Assembly (NCBI GenBank): GCA_027923505.1
Contig: BROI01000008.1
Coordinates: forward strand, 930,001-994,000
Source of the DNA: Mayamaea pseudoterrestris
Lineage: Eukaryota
Reading direction: 5' to 3'
DNA length: 64,000 nucleotides
Shown here: piece after piece, positions 1-10,555 of the stretch
Numbering within the stretch: position 1 is the first letter of the stretch
Layout: the number at the start of each line of letters is the position of its first letter
Notes under the pieces: generated by a model
Database searches by the model: none
The model's input: only the letters and a program-made list of their open reading frames with translations
What the model was told of the DNA's origin: nothing
Translations under genes and position numbers: made by a program

Positions 1-3000
1 CGTCCAACTGGGTTTGCCATATGCTGTTGCAATCTTTCTGGATTTGATTTTAAATGGTTTCTTTAACCATCGACAGCGACACTTAGCCATGAAGACTGGT
101 GTGGTGTTGAGAGCGTCGCTCATCACTGTGCTGTACGAACGCGTGCTCAAACTGACACCACAAGGTCGTAGCGGCTTGACGAGTGGTCTAGTCAGTACGC
201 TGGTCTCGGTCGATTCTCAAAAGCTATTTGAAGTAGCGCAGGAGGGCCATTTGTTGTGGAGCTTGCCGTTGAGTGTGTTGATGGTAACCGCCCTGCTGTT
301 GTGGGTCATGGGCCCGACGACGCTAGTTGGAATTGCTGTGCTGCTCATGTTTGTACCAGTAGTTGGAAAAGTAACTTCAGTGTCCTTGGCGATTCGACAA
401 AAACGGGTCACAAAGACGGATGAGCGCATTGAAATCATCAATGCAATGCTACAAGGGGTGCGTTAATGTTGAGCTGGGTAATCTACAGAGGATGAAGCAA
501 TCTAAAAATACTTCTGCTTCTTCATTACAGATAAAGGTAACTAAACTGAATTGCTATGAAGAGAACTATAAGAAACGAATCATGGAGACCAGGGAGCAAG
601 AAGTAGCACTTTTAAAACGCGAACTGTCGGTTTGGGCATGCACTTTGTTCATGACGGTCCTCTCGCCCGTCTTAGCTACAGCGGCAACGTTCTCAGTATA
701 TGTACTGGTCGATGAAAATAACATTTTGACTGCAGCCAAAAGTTTTTCTGTGTTGCTCTTGTTCGCCGCTTTGCGATTTCCGATCAACTACGCTGGTCGT
801 CTTGTCGGCAGGGCAGCTCAAGCTCTCTCGGCCATTCATCGCTTGACACGCTTTTTGGACCGTGACGTGAGGGATGACTTTGCAGAGTCTAAATCAAGAG
901 ATGCGCAACAGGTGATGGTCAAAGAACCTTTAAACGATACAAAAGGAACTGATCCATTACTGATGCTTTCGAAGGCGGCTTTTACAGTCGGCGTCAACGA
1001 GACTGACATTACCATATCGGAGTTTGACTTGTCGGTCAAAAGGGGTGAAGTTCTCGCCGTATGCGGACCTGTTGGTAGCGGAAAGAGCTCGCTGTGCTTG
1101 GGGATCATTGATGAGCTCTCTAAGGCATCGTCTGACACTTTGGTGGAGCTGAAAGGGAATGTCGCTTTTGTTCCTCAGACTCCCTTCATTATGAATGCAA
1201 CACTTCGTGAAAATATAATGTTTGGTTTGCCTTTCAATGCAAATCTCTATGAAACAGTTCTTGACGCATGTCAGTTGAGGCATGACATTGAGCAGCTGGG
1301 CAAGGCAGGCGACCTCACTGAAATTGGCGAACGAGGAGTGACGTTGAGCGGTAAGCTGTGGCCTGATGGTTTACTGTTTACTTTTACTTGCGCCATGCAG
1401 TCTGACTAATCATTTCATTGTTGTGGTACATTGTCGCCACCCTTACCAGGAGGGCAGCGTCAGCGTGTGAGTCTTGCACGGGCGGCATACTCTCGCCCAG
1501 ATATTGTGCTGCTTGACGACCCATTGTCGGCGTTAGATTCAGGCACAGCGAAGGAAGTTTTTAGACGCTTAATTCGTGGGGAAGCCTCATTGTTCTGCGA
1601 TGCTGCGGTTATACTAGTGACGCATGCTTCTCAGTTTCTTAGTCGGTGCGACCAGATTCTTCTTTTAGTTGACGGGAAGAATAGCTTTCTTGGGTCATGG
1701 AATGATTTGTCTAAGTTTGAGCCTAGCGATACGAAAACAAAAGAAGCCGTGGAGCATTTGCAAAAGTCTTTGCAAGAGGGTCAGAAGCAGTACGATGGTG
1801 GTGATGATCTGGATGCAGATGTTGAGCCAAGTACCAAGAAGACGACGCCTGATGCACTTATGACTATCGAAGAGCGAGAGCATGGACTTTCGAGCCTGAA
1901 TACATGGCTACTTTGGTTCCGTCATGCCGGTGGTATGCAGTTTCTCGGGTTGCTGATCCTGGCGATGATATTTGATCGACTTGCGTATGTTGCTTCGGAA
2001 TTTTGGCTTGGTAAGGGGAGATAAGGAATTGATCTGAATCGGCGCATGAGAACTGATTCTGTGATTCAGCTTCTTACAAAATTTTCCTTTTCAGCTCGTT
2101 GGACGGGGGGAGCCGATGGTCCTGTAACGGTATTTGGGAAAGAATATCCATCGCAAACTGACGGACGATCTGCGCAATATCAGTACCTGAAGGTTTACAG
2201 TATCATTCTTCTTTTTTCTGTCATTGGCACGATTGCAAGGTCTGAATGGGCCGTGACAGGAGGGACCAGGGCGGCTCGCAAAGTATTTTCCAAAATGTTG
2301 ACGCAGGTTTTAGGTTGCCCGCTGACTTATTTTGAGACAACTCCCATGGGACGAATTGTGAATCGCTTCACGTACGATATGGAGGTTGTTGATGTCTCGC
2401 TCACTCAAAATATGTCAGTCCTACTTATTTCTTTGGGCTGGTACTTTGCGGGCGTGCTGGTCATGGCTGTCATTCTGCCCTATACGCTTTGCGCCATTCT
2501 TCCCGTGACGTGGCTCTACTGGCTGCTTTTGCTACACTACCGCAAATCGGGTGCTGATCTACAGCGGCTTGATGCAGTCAGTCGCTCGCCTGTCCAAGCT
2601 ATGGTGGCGGAGGCTCTTGATGGTTCTGCTTCAATTCGCGTCTTTCAGAAGCAGGTTACTTTCTTATTAAAGTACTTTCGTGCAGTCGATGACAACACGT
2701 CTGCCCTGTTAAATTTTGTTTCGGCTCAGCGATGGCTTGGCATTCGGATCGAACTACTTGGATCAATGGTTGTTCTTGTTAGTACTTCACTGGTTGTATG
2801 TTTAAATGACGTGTTTCAGTTGAGTCCTGGTATTATCGGATTGATGGTTATCTGGAGCAGCAATTTCACGATAACGCTCGGGTTCTTGGTGGACGCCTTT
2901 GGTGAAGCCGAGGCGGCAATCACTGCCATCGAACGTGTTGACGCAATGTCGCGATTGAAGCAAGAGAATTCTATGACGACGGAGGAAGCCAAGCGACCTG

Positions 3001-3779
3001 CATCGTCATGGCCAGAAAAGGGTGCTTTGAAGTTCCACAATGTATGCCTTCGCTACCGCAGTGGCCTACCACTTGCCTTGAACAATTTGTCGCTCGAAAT
3101 TCCACCGGGCAAACGAGTTGCCGTGTGCGGGAGGACGGGTGCAGGCAAAAGCAGCCTTGCTGTCGCTCTTTTTCGACTGGTGGAGATAGAGTCTGGTTAT
3201 ATCGAGCTTGATGGCGTGGACCTTGGAGCACTGGGCCTCTCCGATGTCCGTGGCCGTGCGAATGGGATGGCAATTATTCCACAGGATCCGTTCTTGGCAG
3301 GATCGACTGTACGTCAATGCTTGGACCCATTTAAGCAAAGCGAAGATGCTGAAATTGAAGCTGCTCTTGCCGCCGTTCGGTTAGATGACACTATATCTTT
3401 GGATACGCCGGTACACGAAGGCGGAAGTAATTTTAGTGTGGGCGAGCGCCAGCTTTTTAATCTTGCCCGCGCATTACTTTCGCAACCGAAAGTTTTGGTT
3501 ATGGACGAGGCAACTAGTTCGATAGATGGTGCTACAGACAACTTTATACAAAAGATGCTGCGTACGCGGTTCCCCGATACCACGCTAGTTACTGTCGCGC
3601 ATCGATTGAACACGGTTGTGGACTACGATGAGGTTGTGGTCATGCAAGCAGGCGTTGCAGCTGAAGTTGGTGCACCAAGAGAGCTGTTGCTAAAACCAGA
3701 CTCGCTCTTCAGCGAGCTTGTAGACAATACAGGGGCTGATAGCGCCAAGGCTTTGCGGGCCATGGTGGGCATTAGCTAA
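1..3779 (+). CDS. ABC transporter, ABCC/MRP subfamily (5'-truncated by window; 4 exons visible)
   Basis: TMD-NBD-TMD-NBD layout. Walker A GPVGSGKS and GRTGAGKS, signatures LSGGQ (after splicing) and FSVGERQ, Walker B LLDD and VMDE. GT-AG introns 458-530, 1351-1449 and 2011-2094 join the ORF fragments in frame. Confidence 0.95.
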
Positions 3780-4083
3780 GGAAATATGATGAAAGAGCAC
3801 CCGTCTGCGGGTAACATACATAGTGGTGCCCTTTTTAGAGAGTTATCGCACTGTAGCTGAGCTTTAACTGTAACTAAAACTACTGGGTGCGTCGAAAATA
3901 AACGACAAGCAGTAAAAAATAGAAACGAACTGAACCGCTGCGACAAGCTATCAAATAGCGTTCGGATTCATCGTGTCGCGATTGGGATTTGGCTGGGTGC
4001 AGCATGTGAGCAAGCATTGTTGCGGCGCCTCTTCGACGAGTATTTACGTCAGCTTGCGTCTCTATCAGCAAATATTTTATCTC

Positions 4084-7000
4084 ATGACGTCAAAGAACAA
4101 TTTCTGGAAGCGAAAGAATGCAGAAGGTGCCCAAGGGCCACAAGATTTAGCAGCCAAAGCTGCTGCTTCGACTACGAGCAGTGGATACGGCCTCGGCAGC
4201 TCATTTTCCAACTTTTCAAAGTCTTCCTCGTTTTCTTTCCTTCCTGCTGTGACAAGTGAAGAAGCTGCTAATTCGTCTGCAGTTGGAGGGTCGGCCGCCA
4301 GTCATTTTCAGTTACAGCGGACGCGTCTATTTAACACGCCATCGACACAGCGTCAAGCCGGATGCAACGGTTCCAATAGCAAGTCAATGGCGTCGTCAGC
4401 CAGTCGATTCACAAGTTCAGCAGATCGGTCCATGCGATCTCCTCCTAGAGCGGTTCACCTAATCTGCGCCATTAGCGAAAACTTGGCGCGCGAAACGTGC
4501 GTTGCATCGATGGATGCGGGTTGTCCAACTACGCTGCAAGTAACTAAGCAAGGAAATGGACAAGCCTATTCGGAGACAATTGCGTACCTCTCTATATTAA
4601 AACCAAATGAAATCTTGTTCAATGACGGCCGACGCAATTCGCTTTTAACTCGAAAAATACTCGAGCATTTCGATTTGGATGACGAGAGTCCGCAGGCTGG
4701 CATCGTAGATTTTTCGACGAGGCGACGCAAAGCAAAGGGACCGTCTCGAAACTGTCCCAAGAGTAACCAAACTTATCCTAACATCAGTCGAATTGCTGCG
4801 GGATCAGCTGTTACAGATGATGAGCAAGTCATTGTAAAGTTCGTGTCTCGAGCGTGGTTTGATCAAACTAAGGGCGCTGCCCTCCTACAGACGATTGCAC
4901 GACAAGACACGTATGATCCGTTGGTAGTTGAAGAATACATAATCTTATCGGCTGCGCATGCTGTCGTTGTATATTTACAACAATGTCTAGGAGCCTCGCT
5001 AGCAGCGAGAAGTTTGAACGTCAGCATTAACGCCGATGGTACAAATAGCATGATGATTGACCGAGCTTCCTTGTGGCAACTCGAACTTTTAGTCAATTGC
5101 AAGACTGGAAAATCTCGCAATTCTCTGGTCGGTACAATTGATTTGACAAAGACAACCGTAGGCGCTCGCTTATTGCGGACAAATCTCATGGCCCCACCTA
5201 CCAGTACCGATACTATCAACAGCCGCCTTGAACTAGTCGATACCTTCTTGGCGTCGCATGACTTATTCAACGATGTCTACGAACACTTACAAAAGCTCCC
5301 AGAACTTGATACAATGCTGGCAAATATTAGTCTCGTTCCAAAACGCGTCGAGAAAGTCAAGAGCGACGAACCCACCACTGCAGCTGTCCGCATGGCAAGC
5401 AAGGGTATTTCGGCTCTCATAAGCATTAAAGCGGTTCTATCGGCTGTGCCTGCGTTGGGCCATATTCTCCAGACGCACATATCACAGTGTGGACAACAGC
5501 GAGGCCTTGATCGCGACGATAGCACCGTGGAGTCAAGTCGATCGAATTTGCTAATCGGGCTAGGAACCAGCCGCACAAAGTTTCGCAAATTAGACCACAA
5601 CTCCTTGCTTCAGGCTATTATACATGCCATGTCAGAGCCTTCGTTGGTAGCTGTATTGGAATTGGTGGAAGAAACTTTCACCGACAATACGACATATGCC
5701 AAAAATCCGCATTCTCGTCAGCATCAAGAATGTTTCGCACTCAAGGAGCCAGCCGGTTCGTTCCTGGATATTTACCGCATGAATTTTCTAAGCAACGTCG
5801 AAGAAATTTACAAGCAAGCCGATGCTTATGCTGAAGAATATGGCTTAAACGTCGCCGTCCGATACTCCGGTGCCAGAGGCCACTATCTCGCAACTGCATC
5901 AACGTGTGGCCAGAACCTGCCTGCAGTGTTTATCAATTGCTCAAAAAACAACAGAACTATCACTTTTACAACAAAAGCTGTAGCAGAATGCAATCTGCGC
6001 GCAAAAGCATGCGTGCGAGACATCCTTGTCATGACGCATGACAGAATTCAAGCGGTTTTGTCAAAAGTCCGCGAGAACTTCGATGCACTGGCAAAGTTAA
6101 GTGATGCAATCGCCATATTGGATATATGTCACACCTTTGCGGACAACGTCTCACTGAGTGGCGAGCCATGGTGCCGACCATTTGTCTCGGACGACAACTC
6201 AGAAAGCTACGGTGATCGCCTTGCAAAATCAGATGGGTCAACCACCATTGACTCGACAGTGGCGCTACTGATTCGCGGTGGTCGCTTCGCCATTGATACA
6301 CCGAATCTCGGCGCCACCAACTCCTGCAATGATCTTGTCAAGCCATTCGTCTCAAACGATACGTACGCTTCTATTGATAAGAACTTTACGGTCATTTCAG
6401 GAATAAATGGGAGCGGCAAGAGTACTTATCTCAAACAGATTGCAATCATTGTAATCCTCGCACAATGCGGAAGCTACGTCCCAGCAGATCAAGTCATAAT
6501 TCCCATTCGAGACCGGTTATGCACTAGAATTGGCAACGCGGACGATCAAGAGCATTCAATTTCCACTTTTATGATGGAGATGAAGGAAACAGCCTTCATT
6601 TGCAAGAACGCCACGCCGAAATCGCTCATCCTTCTAGATGAGCTCGGTCGCGCAACCAGCAACGAAGAAGGAATGAGTTTAGCATGGGCTGTCGCAGAGT
6701 ATCTTCTCAAGAAACGGGTCATGACGTTTTTCGTCACGCACTATCCTCAACTTAACATGCTCGCCAACACATATCCTAACGTGCAAAATGTCCACCTGGA
6801 AGCTTCCATTGAGCGTGCCACCACAAATAACATCCGATACACACACAAAGTCAAGTCAGGCGCTTGCTCCGTCTCAACAGACTATGGTGTAGAACTCGCA
6901 GCGGCTTGCGCTTGGCCAGCCAAGGTCGTAGCCAAGGCCAGATCGATTGAATCGCACGTCAAGGAGCTGCTCCCCGGCGACAGCTTTTGCGAAGCACCGC

Positions 7001-7425
7001 AGACAGAAGGACTTGCACGGCATACGCGAGCCTTTGATAATATTCTCGATATCCAAAGCGAATTGTTAGTTGTAGGTCGAAACAACGATGCCAGCACGGA
7101 AGAGTTTCGCGATGCATTGGTCGCCTTGCAGAAGCGTTTTGTTACTCGTGAGGATCCAGAGCTGATTGACCAAATGAAACGCCTGCTTCTCCGAGGACGC
7201 GATCACCATCGTCCAGGAAAGACAAGCAATCGAGAGAAAGAAGAGGATCCTTTGGACGTAATTGATATTGATTCGGAAGCTGATATTGACTGTCACACCC
7301 TTCAATCGTTTGCGAATGACGACGGATTAGTGGCATCCTCACATCCAGCATCGCCATCCTCCGAAGATTTGTCCGATGATTCCTCTACGAACGCAAGCGC
7401 TAGCTCCATCTCAAAAGCCGATTGA
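4084..7425 (+). CDS. MSH4: MutS homolog, most similar to meiotic MSH4
   Basis: C-terminal MutS ATPase (GINGSGKSTY, STFMMEMKETAFI, LLDELGRATS, FVTHY). No N-terminal mismatch-binding domain. N-terminal ICAISENLARE..QAYSET resembles MSH4. First ATG at 4084. Confidence 0.85.
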   Translation: MTSKNNFWKRKNAEGAQGPQDLAAKAAASTTSSGYGLGSSFSNFSKSSSFSFLPAVTSEEAANSSAVGGSAASHFQLQRTRLFNTPSTQRQAGCNGSNSKSMASSASRFTSSADRSMRSPPRAVHLICAISENLARETCVASMDAGCPTTLQVTKQGNGQAYSETIAYLSILKPNEILFNDGRRNSLLTRKILEHFDLDDESPQAGIVDFSTRRRKAKGPSRNCPKSNQTYPNISRIAAGSAVTDDEQVIVKFVSRAWFDQTKGAALLQTIARQDTYDPLVVEEYIILSAAHAVVVYLQQCLGASLAARSLNVSINADGTNSMMIDRASLWQLELLVNCKTGKSRNSLVGTIDLTKTTVGARLLRTNLMAPPTSTDTINSRLELVDTFLASHDLFNDVYEHLQKLPELDTMLANISLVPKRVEKVKSDEPTTAAVRMASKGISALISIKAVLSAVPALGHILQTHISQCGQQRGLDRDDSTVESSRSNLLIGLGTSRTKFRKLDHNSLLQAIIHAMSEPSLVAVLELVEETFTDNTTYAKNPHSRQHQECFALKEPAGSFLDIYRMNFLSNVEEIYKQADAYAEEYGLNVAVRYSGARGHYLATASTCGQNLPAVFINCSKNNRTITFTTKAVAECNLRAKACVRDILVMTHDRIQAVLSKVRENFDALAKLSDAIAILDICHTFADNVSLSGEPWCRPFVSDDNSESYGDRLAKSDGSTTIDSTVALLIRGGRFAIDTPNLGATNSCNDLVKPFVSNDTYASIDKNFTVISGINGSGKSTYLKQIAIIVILAQCGSYVPADQVIIPIRDRLCTRIGNADDQEHSISTFMMEMKETAFICKNATPKSLILLDELGRATSNEEGMSLAWAVAEYLLKKRVMTFFVTHYPQLNMLANTYPNVQNVHLEASIERATTNNIRYTHKVKSGACSVSTDYGVELAAACAWPAKVVAKARSIESHVKELLPGDSFCEAPQTEGLARHTRAFDNILDIQSELLVVGRNNDASTEEFRDALVALQKRFVTREDPELIDQMKRLLLRGRDHHRPGKTSNREKEEDPLDVIDIDSEADIDCHTLQSFANDDGLVASSHPASPSSEDLSDDSSTNASASSISKAD

Positions 7426-7485
7426 TCGGTCATTAAGTAGAAATGGACCATAGTACGTAAACTCAGTTTTTCGACACCCCGCATT

Positions 7486-8457
7486 TTAAACTTGCACAAT
7501 GCCATTTGAGATTGCCCATCGAGCAAGTTCCGTCCGATTTTTCACCCTTGTTTTACGGAACAATTGTGTTAGTAGCGAAGCAACCCGCGGCTGGGAGAGG
7601 GACATTTTTGCAGCAATTTCCTTGTTCATGAGACCCTCACATAGCAGCGACACAACGACGCGTTCATCGGGCGTCAAAAACACTCTTTCCTCATTCTTGG
7701 CATCCTTGTTATTGACAAACCCGTTCATGCCTGCTCCTCCGCCTCCTTGATCGAGCAAAAGCTGCTTGATCTCCATCATGTCGCGCTTCAAACTTTGCAT
7801 GTCGGAGGCAGCATTAGTTTTCGATGTGAACGATGCATGCGTCCTCAAGACTTGCTCCATGACACTAACTAATTCATCGGGATCAAATGGTTTAGGAATA
7901 TAAGCGTCAGCTCCTGCATTATAGCCTTGAATGCGATCGGGTGTTCGTCCTTTGGCAGTGAGCAGAATGACGGGCAAGTCCATCAAGGATTCATCGGATC
8001 GTATCGCTTGCAACAGTTCAAGGCCATCCATTCCAGGCATGCGAATGTCACTAATCAAAACTTTAGGCAAGATGTTTGTTAATGGTGTATTGTCGTTCAT
8101 TAATGTAGGTTGTCGTTTTGCAATCTTAATCAATTGCTGCAGACACACTTGAGCATCCGCAAACGTCTGGACAAAGTATTTTTGATCGGCCAAGAACCTG
8201 CCTACAGCTGTTCGAATCGATATCTCATCATCAACGAGGTAAACAAGTGTATGTTCTGGGCTTCCATATTCAGTTATTGAATTCGAGTAGAGTGGTGAAA
8301 ATGATCGATAGTGATCATGATCGCTAGTGAGTTTGCAGGCGAATGCTGCTGGGCGAAGGATGAATGCCAATCCCAAATGATTCTGTTGCAGACAACCAAG
8401 CAAGATGATTAAAAGGATAACACTTTGGTTGGTAGTGTGTTTAAGTCGGTGATACAT
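7486..8457 (-). CDS. NarL/LuxR-family response regulator (Ycf29-like) with putative bipartite plastid-targeting presequence
   Basis: Receiver motifs LVDDE, ISDIRMPGMDG, LLTAK and YIPKPF. C-terminal LuxR HTH (LTPDE..GLMNKEIA..LFRKT..NRTELARWA). Hydrophobic N-terminus ending GLA-F if the ATG at 8457 is used. Confidence 0.88.
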   Translation of the reverse strand: MYHRLKHTTNQSVILLIILLGCLQQNHLGLAFILRPAAFACKLTSDHDHYRSFSPLYSNSITEYGSPEHTLVYLVDDEISIRTAVGRFLADQKYFVQTFADAQVCLQQLIKIAKRQPTLMNDNTPLTNILPKVLISDIRMPGMDGLELLQAIRSDESLMDLPVILLTAKGRTPDRIQGYNAGADAYIPKPFDPDELVSVMEQVLRTHASFTSKTNAASDMQSLKRDMMEIKQLLLDQGGGGAGMNGFVNNKDAKNEERVFLTPDERVVVSLLCEGLMNKEIAAKMSLSQPRVASLLTQLFRKTRVKNRTELARWAISNGIVQV

Positions 8458-8589
8458 TCCAGTTGAACTATAGGATAGTGATGAGCGGAGTAATTTGCAG
8501 ATGGAGGCACGGCTTTTTGTCGTCATGGTCAAGGTTGTCGCCATTCTGTCGTGTCGCAAGATACATTGACAGTAAGGCATAAATAATAA

Positions 8590-8809
8590 TGACGCAGTTT
8601 TCACTGGCACCCGTTTCGTATTATTGCTTTGTGCGGCAGTTTTCACTGGCACCCGTTTCATACTATTGTCTTATGACTCAGTTTTCACTGGCACTCGTTT
8701 CATACTACTGCCTTGTGACGTAATTGACACTGGCACTCGTTTCGTACTACTGCCTTGTGACGTAATTGACACTGGCACTCGTTTCGTACTATTGCCGCGT
8801 GACGTCAAT
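8590..8809. repeat. Tandem repeat, 5 full 42-bp units plus a partial sixth
   Basis: Units start at 8590, 8632, 8674, 8716, 8758 and 8800. Shared core CACTGGCACYCGTTTCRTAYTAYTG. Confidence 0.97.
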
Positions 8810-9053
8810 GCATTATGGGTCTGTCCGTCGACACCAGCCGACGCGCGCAACCATGGACGCTGCCATATGAAGCTGCGAATCGTTTGCAGGATCTGCCGCT
8901 CTCGAGACGTGCCTCATCGCTATATAATCAAGCAGATACGCACCCCTACGACATACATAACGAGACGTGCAAGAGAAGAGTTTCTGCCTGTAACGTAAAC
9001 GACTGTAGCATACACACATACTGAATACTGTCGGTACCATCCAGCCATCCAAC

Positions 9054-10517
9054 ATGAGTGAACCAGTTGCAGTGGCTGCACCGTCCGACACTACCACTAC
9101 TACATCCACCACTGAGAAGGAGGAGGAAAAGATTCCAGAGGCTACTGCGCCAAAGGAAGTCAAAGCAAAGAAAGCGGAAATTCCCAAAATCAATCTCCAA
9201 AAGAAGGATGACAGCGAGGAACTTACCAAGCGCCTTCAAAAGCTCGCGCTTGAACGTCAAAAGCAAAATGTCAATGATCGCCTCCGCGTTATTCAGTCGG
9301 ATCAATCCTCCCATTTGAGTTCCGCTAAAACATTCCAGGAATTGAATCTCCCAAAACATTTGCTAGATGCTCTCTTTGCCATGGGATTTGATCGGCCATC
9401 GGCCATTCAGGAGGAAGCTCTACCGCGCATTCTTGCCAATCCACCACGCAACCTCATCGGACAGGCGCAGTCGGGCTCGGGGAAGACGGCGGCATTTACT
9501 CTCGGCATGCTCTTTCGTATCAATGTTGACGCTCCCGCGACGACGCAAGCTCTCTGTGTCACGCCGACGCGAGAGTTGGCCGTGCAGATTGTCGACAAGG
9601 CTATCAAGCCAATGGCAGCCAACATGGCGGGTCTCAAGATTGAACTGGCGATCGCGGGTGCCAATGTGGAACGAGGGACCGCACTTGATGCGCATTTGGT
9701 GGTTGGAACGCCCGGGAAGGTGGTGGATTGGCTGAAGCGCCGGTTGATCAACTCCAAAACAATCAAGGTATTTGTTTTGGACGAAGCGGATCATATGGTG
9801 GATGAAGGAGGACATCGCGCAAACTCGTTACTCATTAAGAAGGTACTTCCTAAGAACTGCCAATGTTTATTCTTTTCCGCAACCTTTCCCGAAGAAGTTG
9901 TCAAGTTTGCCACGAAAATGGTGGACAAGCCGGACAAGATTCTGATTGAGGACGGTCCCGAGTTTTTGGTTTTGGACGTGATCAAGCAACTATGGATCGA
10001 CACGCGCGGATACCAAGGCGGAAAGCTTGCTTTCCTAGCTGACATTTACTCGCTCTTGACGATCGGCCAAAGCATTGTTTTTGTTGGGACAGTCCGCGAC
10101 GCTGACATGGTGCATCAGACGCTCGCCGATAATGGCTTCACATGTTCAGTCCTGCACGGCCGCGTTGAAGGCGCCATGCGCGATGTCACTATGGAAGCCT
10201 TTCGCAACGGAGAGTCTAATGTACTCATTACGACAAATGTCTTGGCTCGTGGTGTTGACGTTGACAATGTTTGTCTCGTGGTAAATTACGACATCCCTTG
10301 CGACAAGGATGGCAATCCAGATTTTGAAACCTATTTGCATAGGATTGGACGCACTGGGCGATTCGGACGAAAGGGTACAGCAATTAATCTTGTGGATGAT
10401 GAACGGTCGCTGCAGATTCTATCGGCCATTGAGCGGTACTTTGCCAAGGGCGACACTGAAATGATTCATCAAGCGGATGCTGACGCGGAAGCGCTTGCCG
10501 AGATTGTAGAAATCTAA
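9054..10517 (+). CDS. DBP5: DEAD-box RNA helicase DDX19/Dbp5 (mRNA export)
   Basis: Q motif GFDRPSAIQ, AQSGSGKT, PTRELA, DEAD, SAT and YLHRIGRTGRFG. LANPPRNLIGQ and DFETYLHR are typical of Dbp5. Confidence 0.93.
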   Translation: MSEPVAVAAPSDTTTTTSTTEKEEEKIPEATAPKEVKAKKAEIPKINLQKKDDSEELTKRLQKLALERQKQNVNDRLRVIQSDQSSHLSSAKTFQELNLPKHLLDALFAMGFDRPSAIQEEALPRILANPPRNLIGQAQSGSGKTAAFTLGMLFRINVDAPATTQALCVTPTRELAVQIVDKAIKPMAANMAGLKIELAIAGANVERGTALDAHLVVGTPGKVVDWLKRRLINSKTIKVFVLDEADHMVDEGGHRANSLLIKKVLPKNCQCLFFSATFPEEVVKFATKMVDKPDKILIEDGPEFLVLDVIKQLWIDTRGYQGGKLAFLADIYSLLTIGQSIVFVGTVRDADMVHQTLADNGFTCSVLHGRVEGAMRDVTMEAFRNGESNVLITTNVLARGVDVDNVCLVVNYDIPCDKDGNPDFETYLHRIGRTGRFGRKGTAINLVDDERSLQILSAIERYFAKGDTEMIHQADADAEALAEIVEI

Positions 10518-10555
10518 AACTAAGTTACATTATATAGGCGATATTTTATTACTCA

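Noticed and set aside
8590..8809. CRISPR array interpretation of the 42-bp repeats
   Set aside because: The units are contiguous and similar along their whole length, with no unique spacers and no cas genes, in a eukaryotic context.
8458..8998. ORF 8624-8998 (+) and the N-terminal extension of ORF 7486-8661
   Set aside because: Both stay open only because the 42-nt period is a multiple of three. They have non-ATG or repeat-derived starts and no protein family signal.
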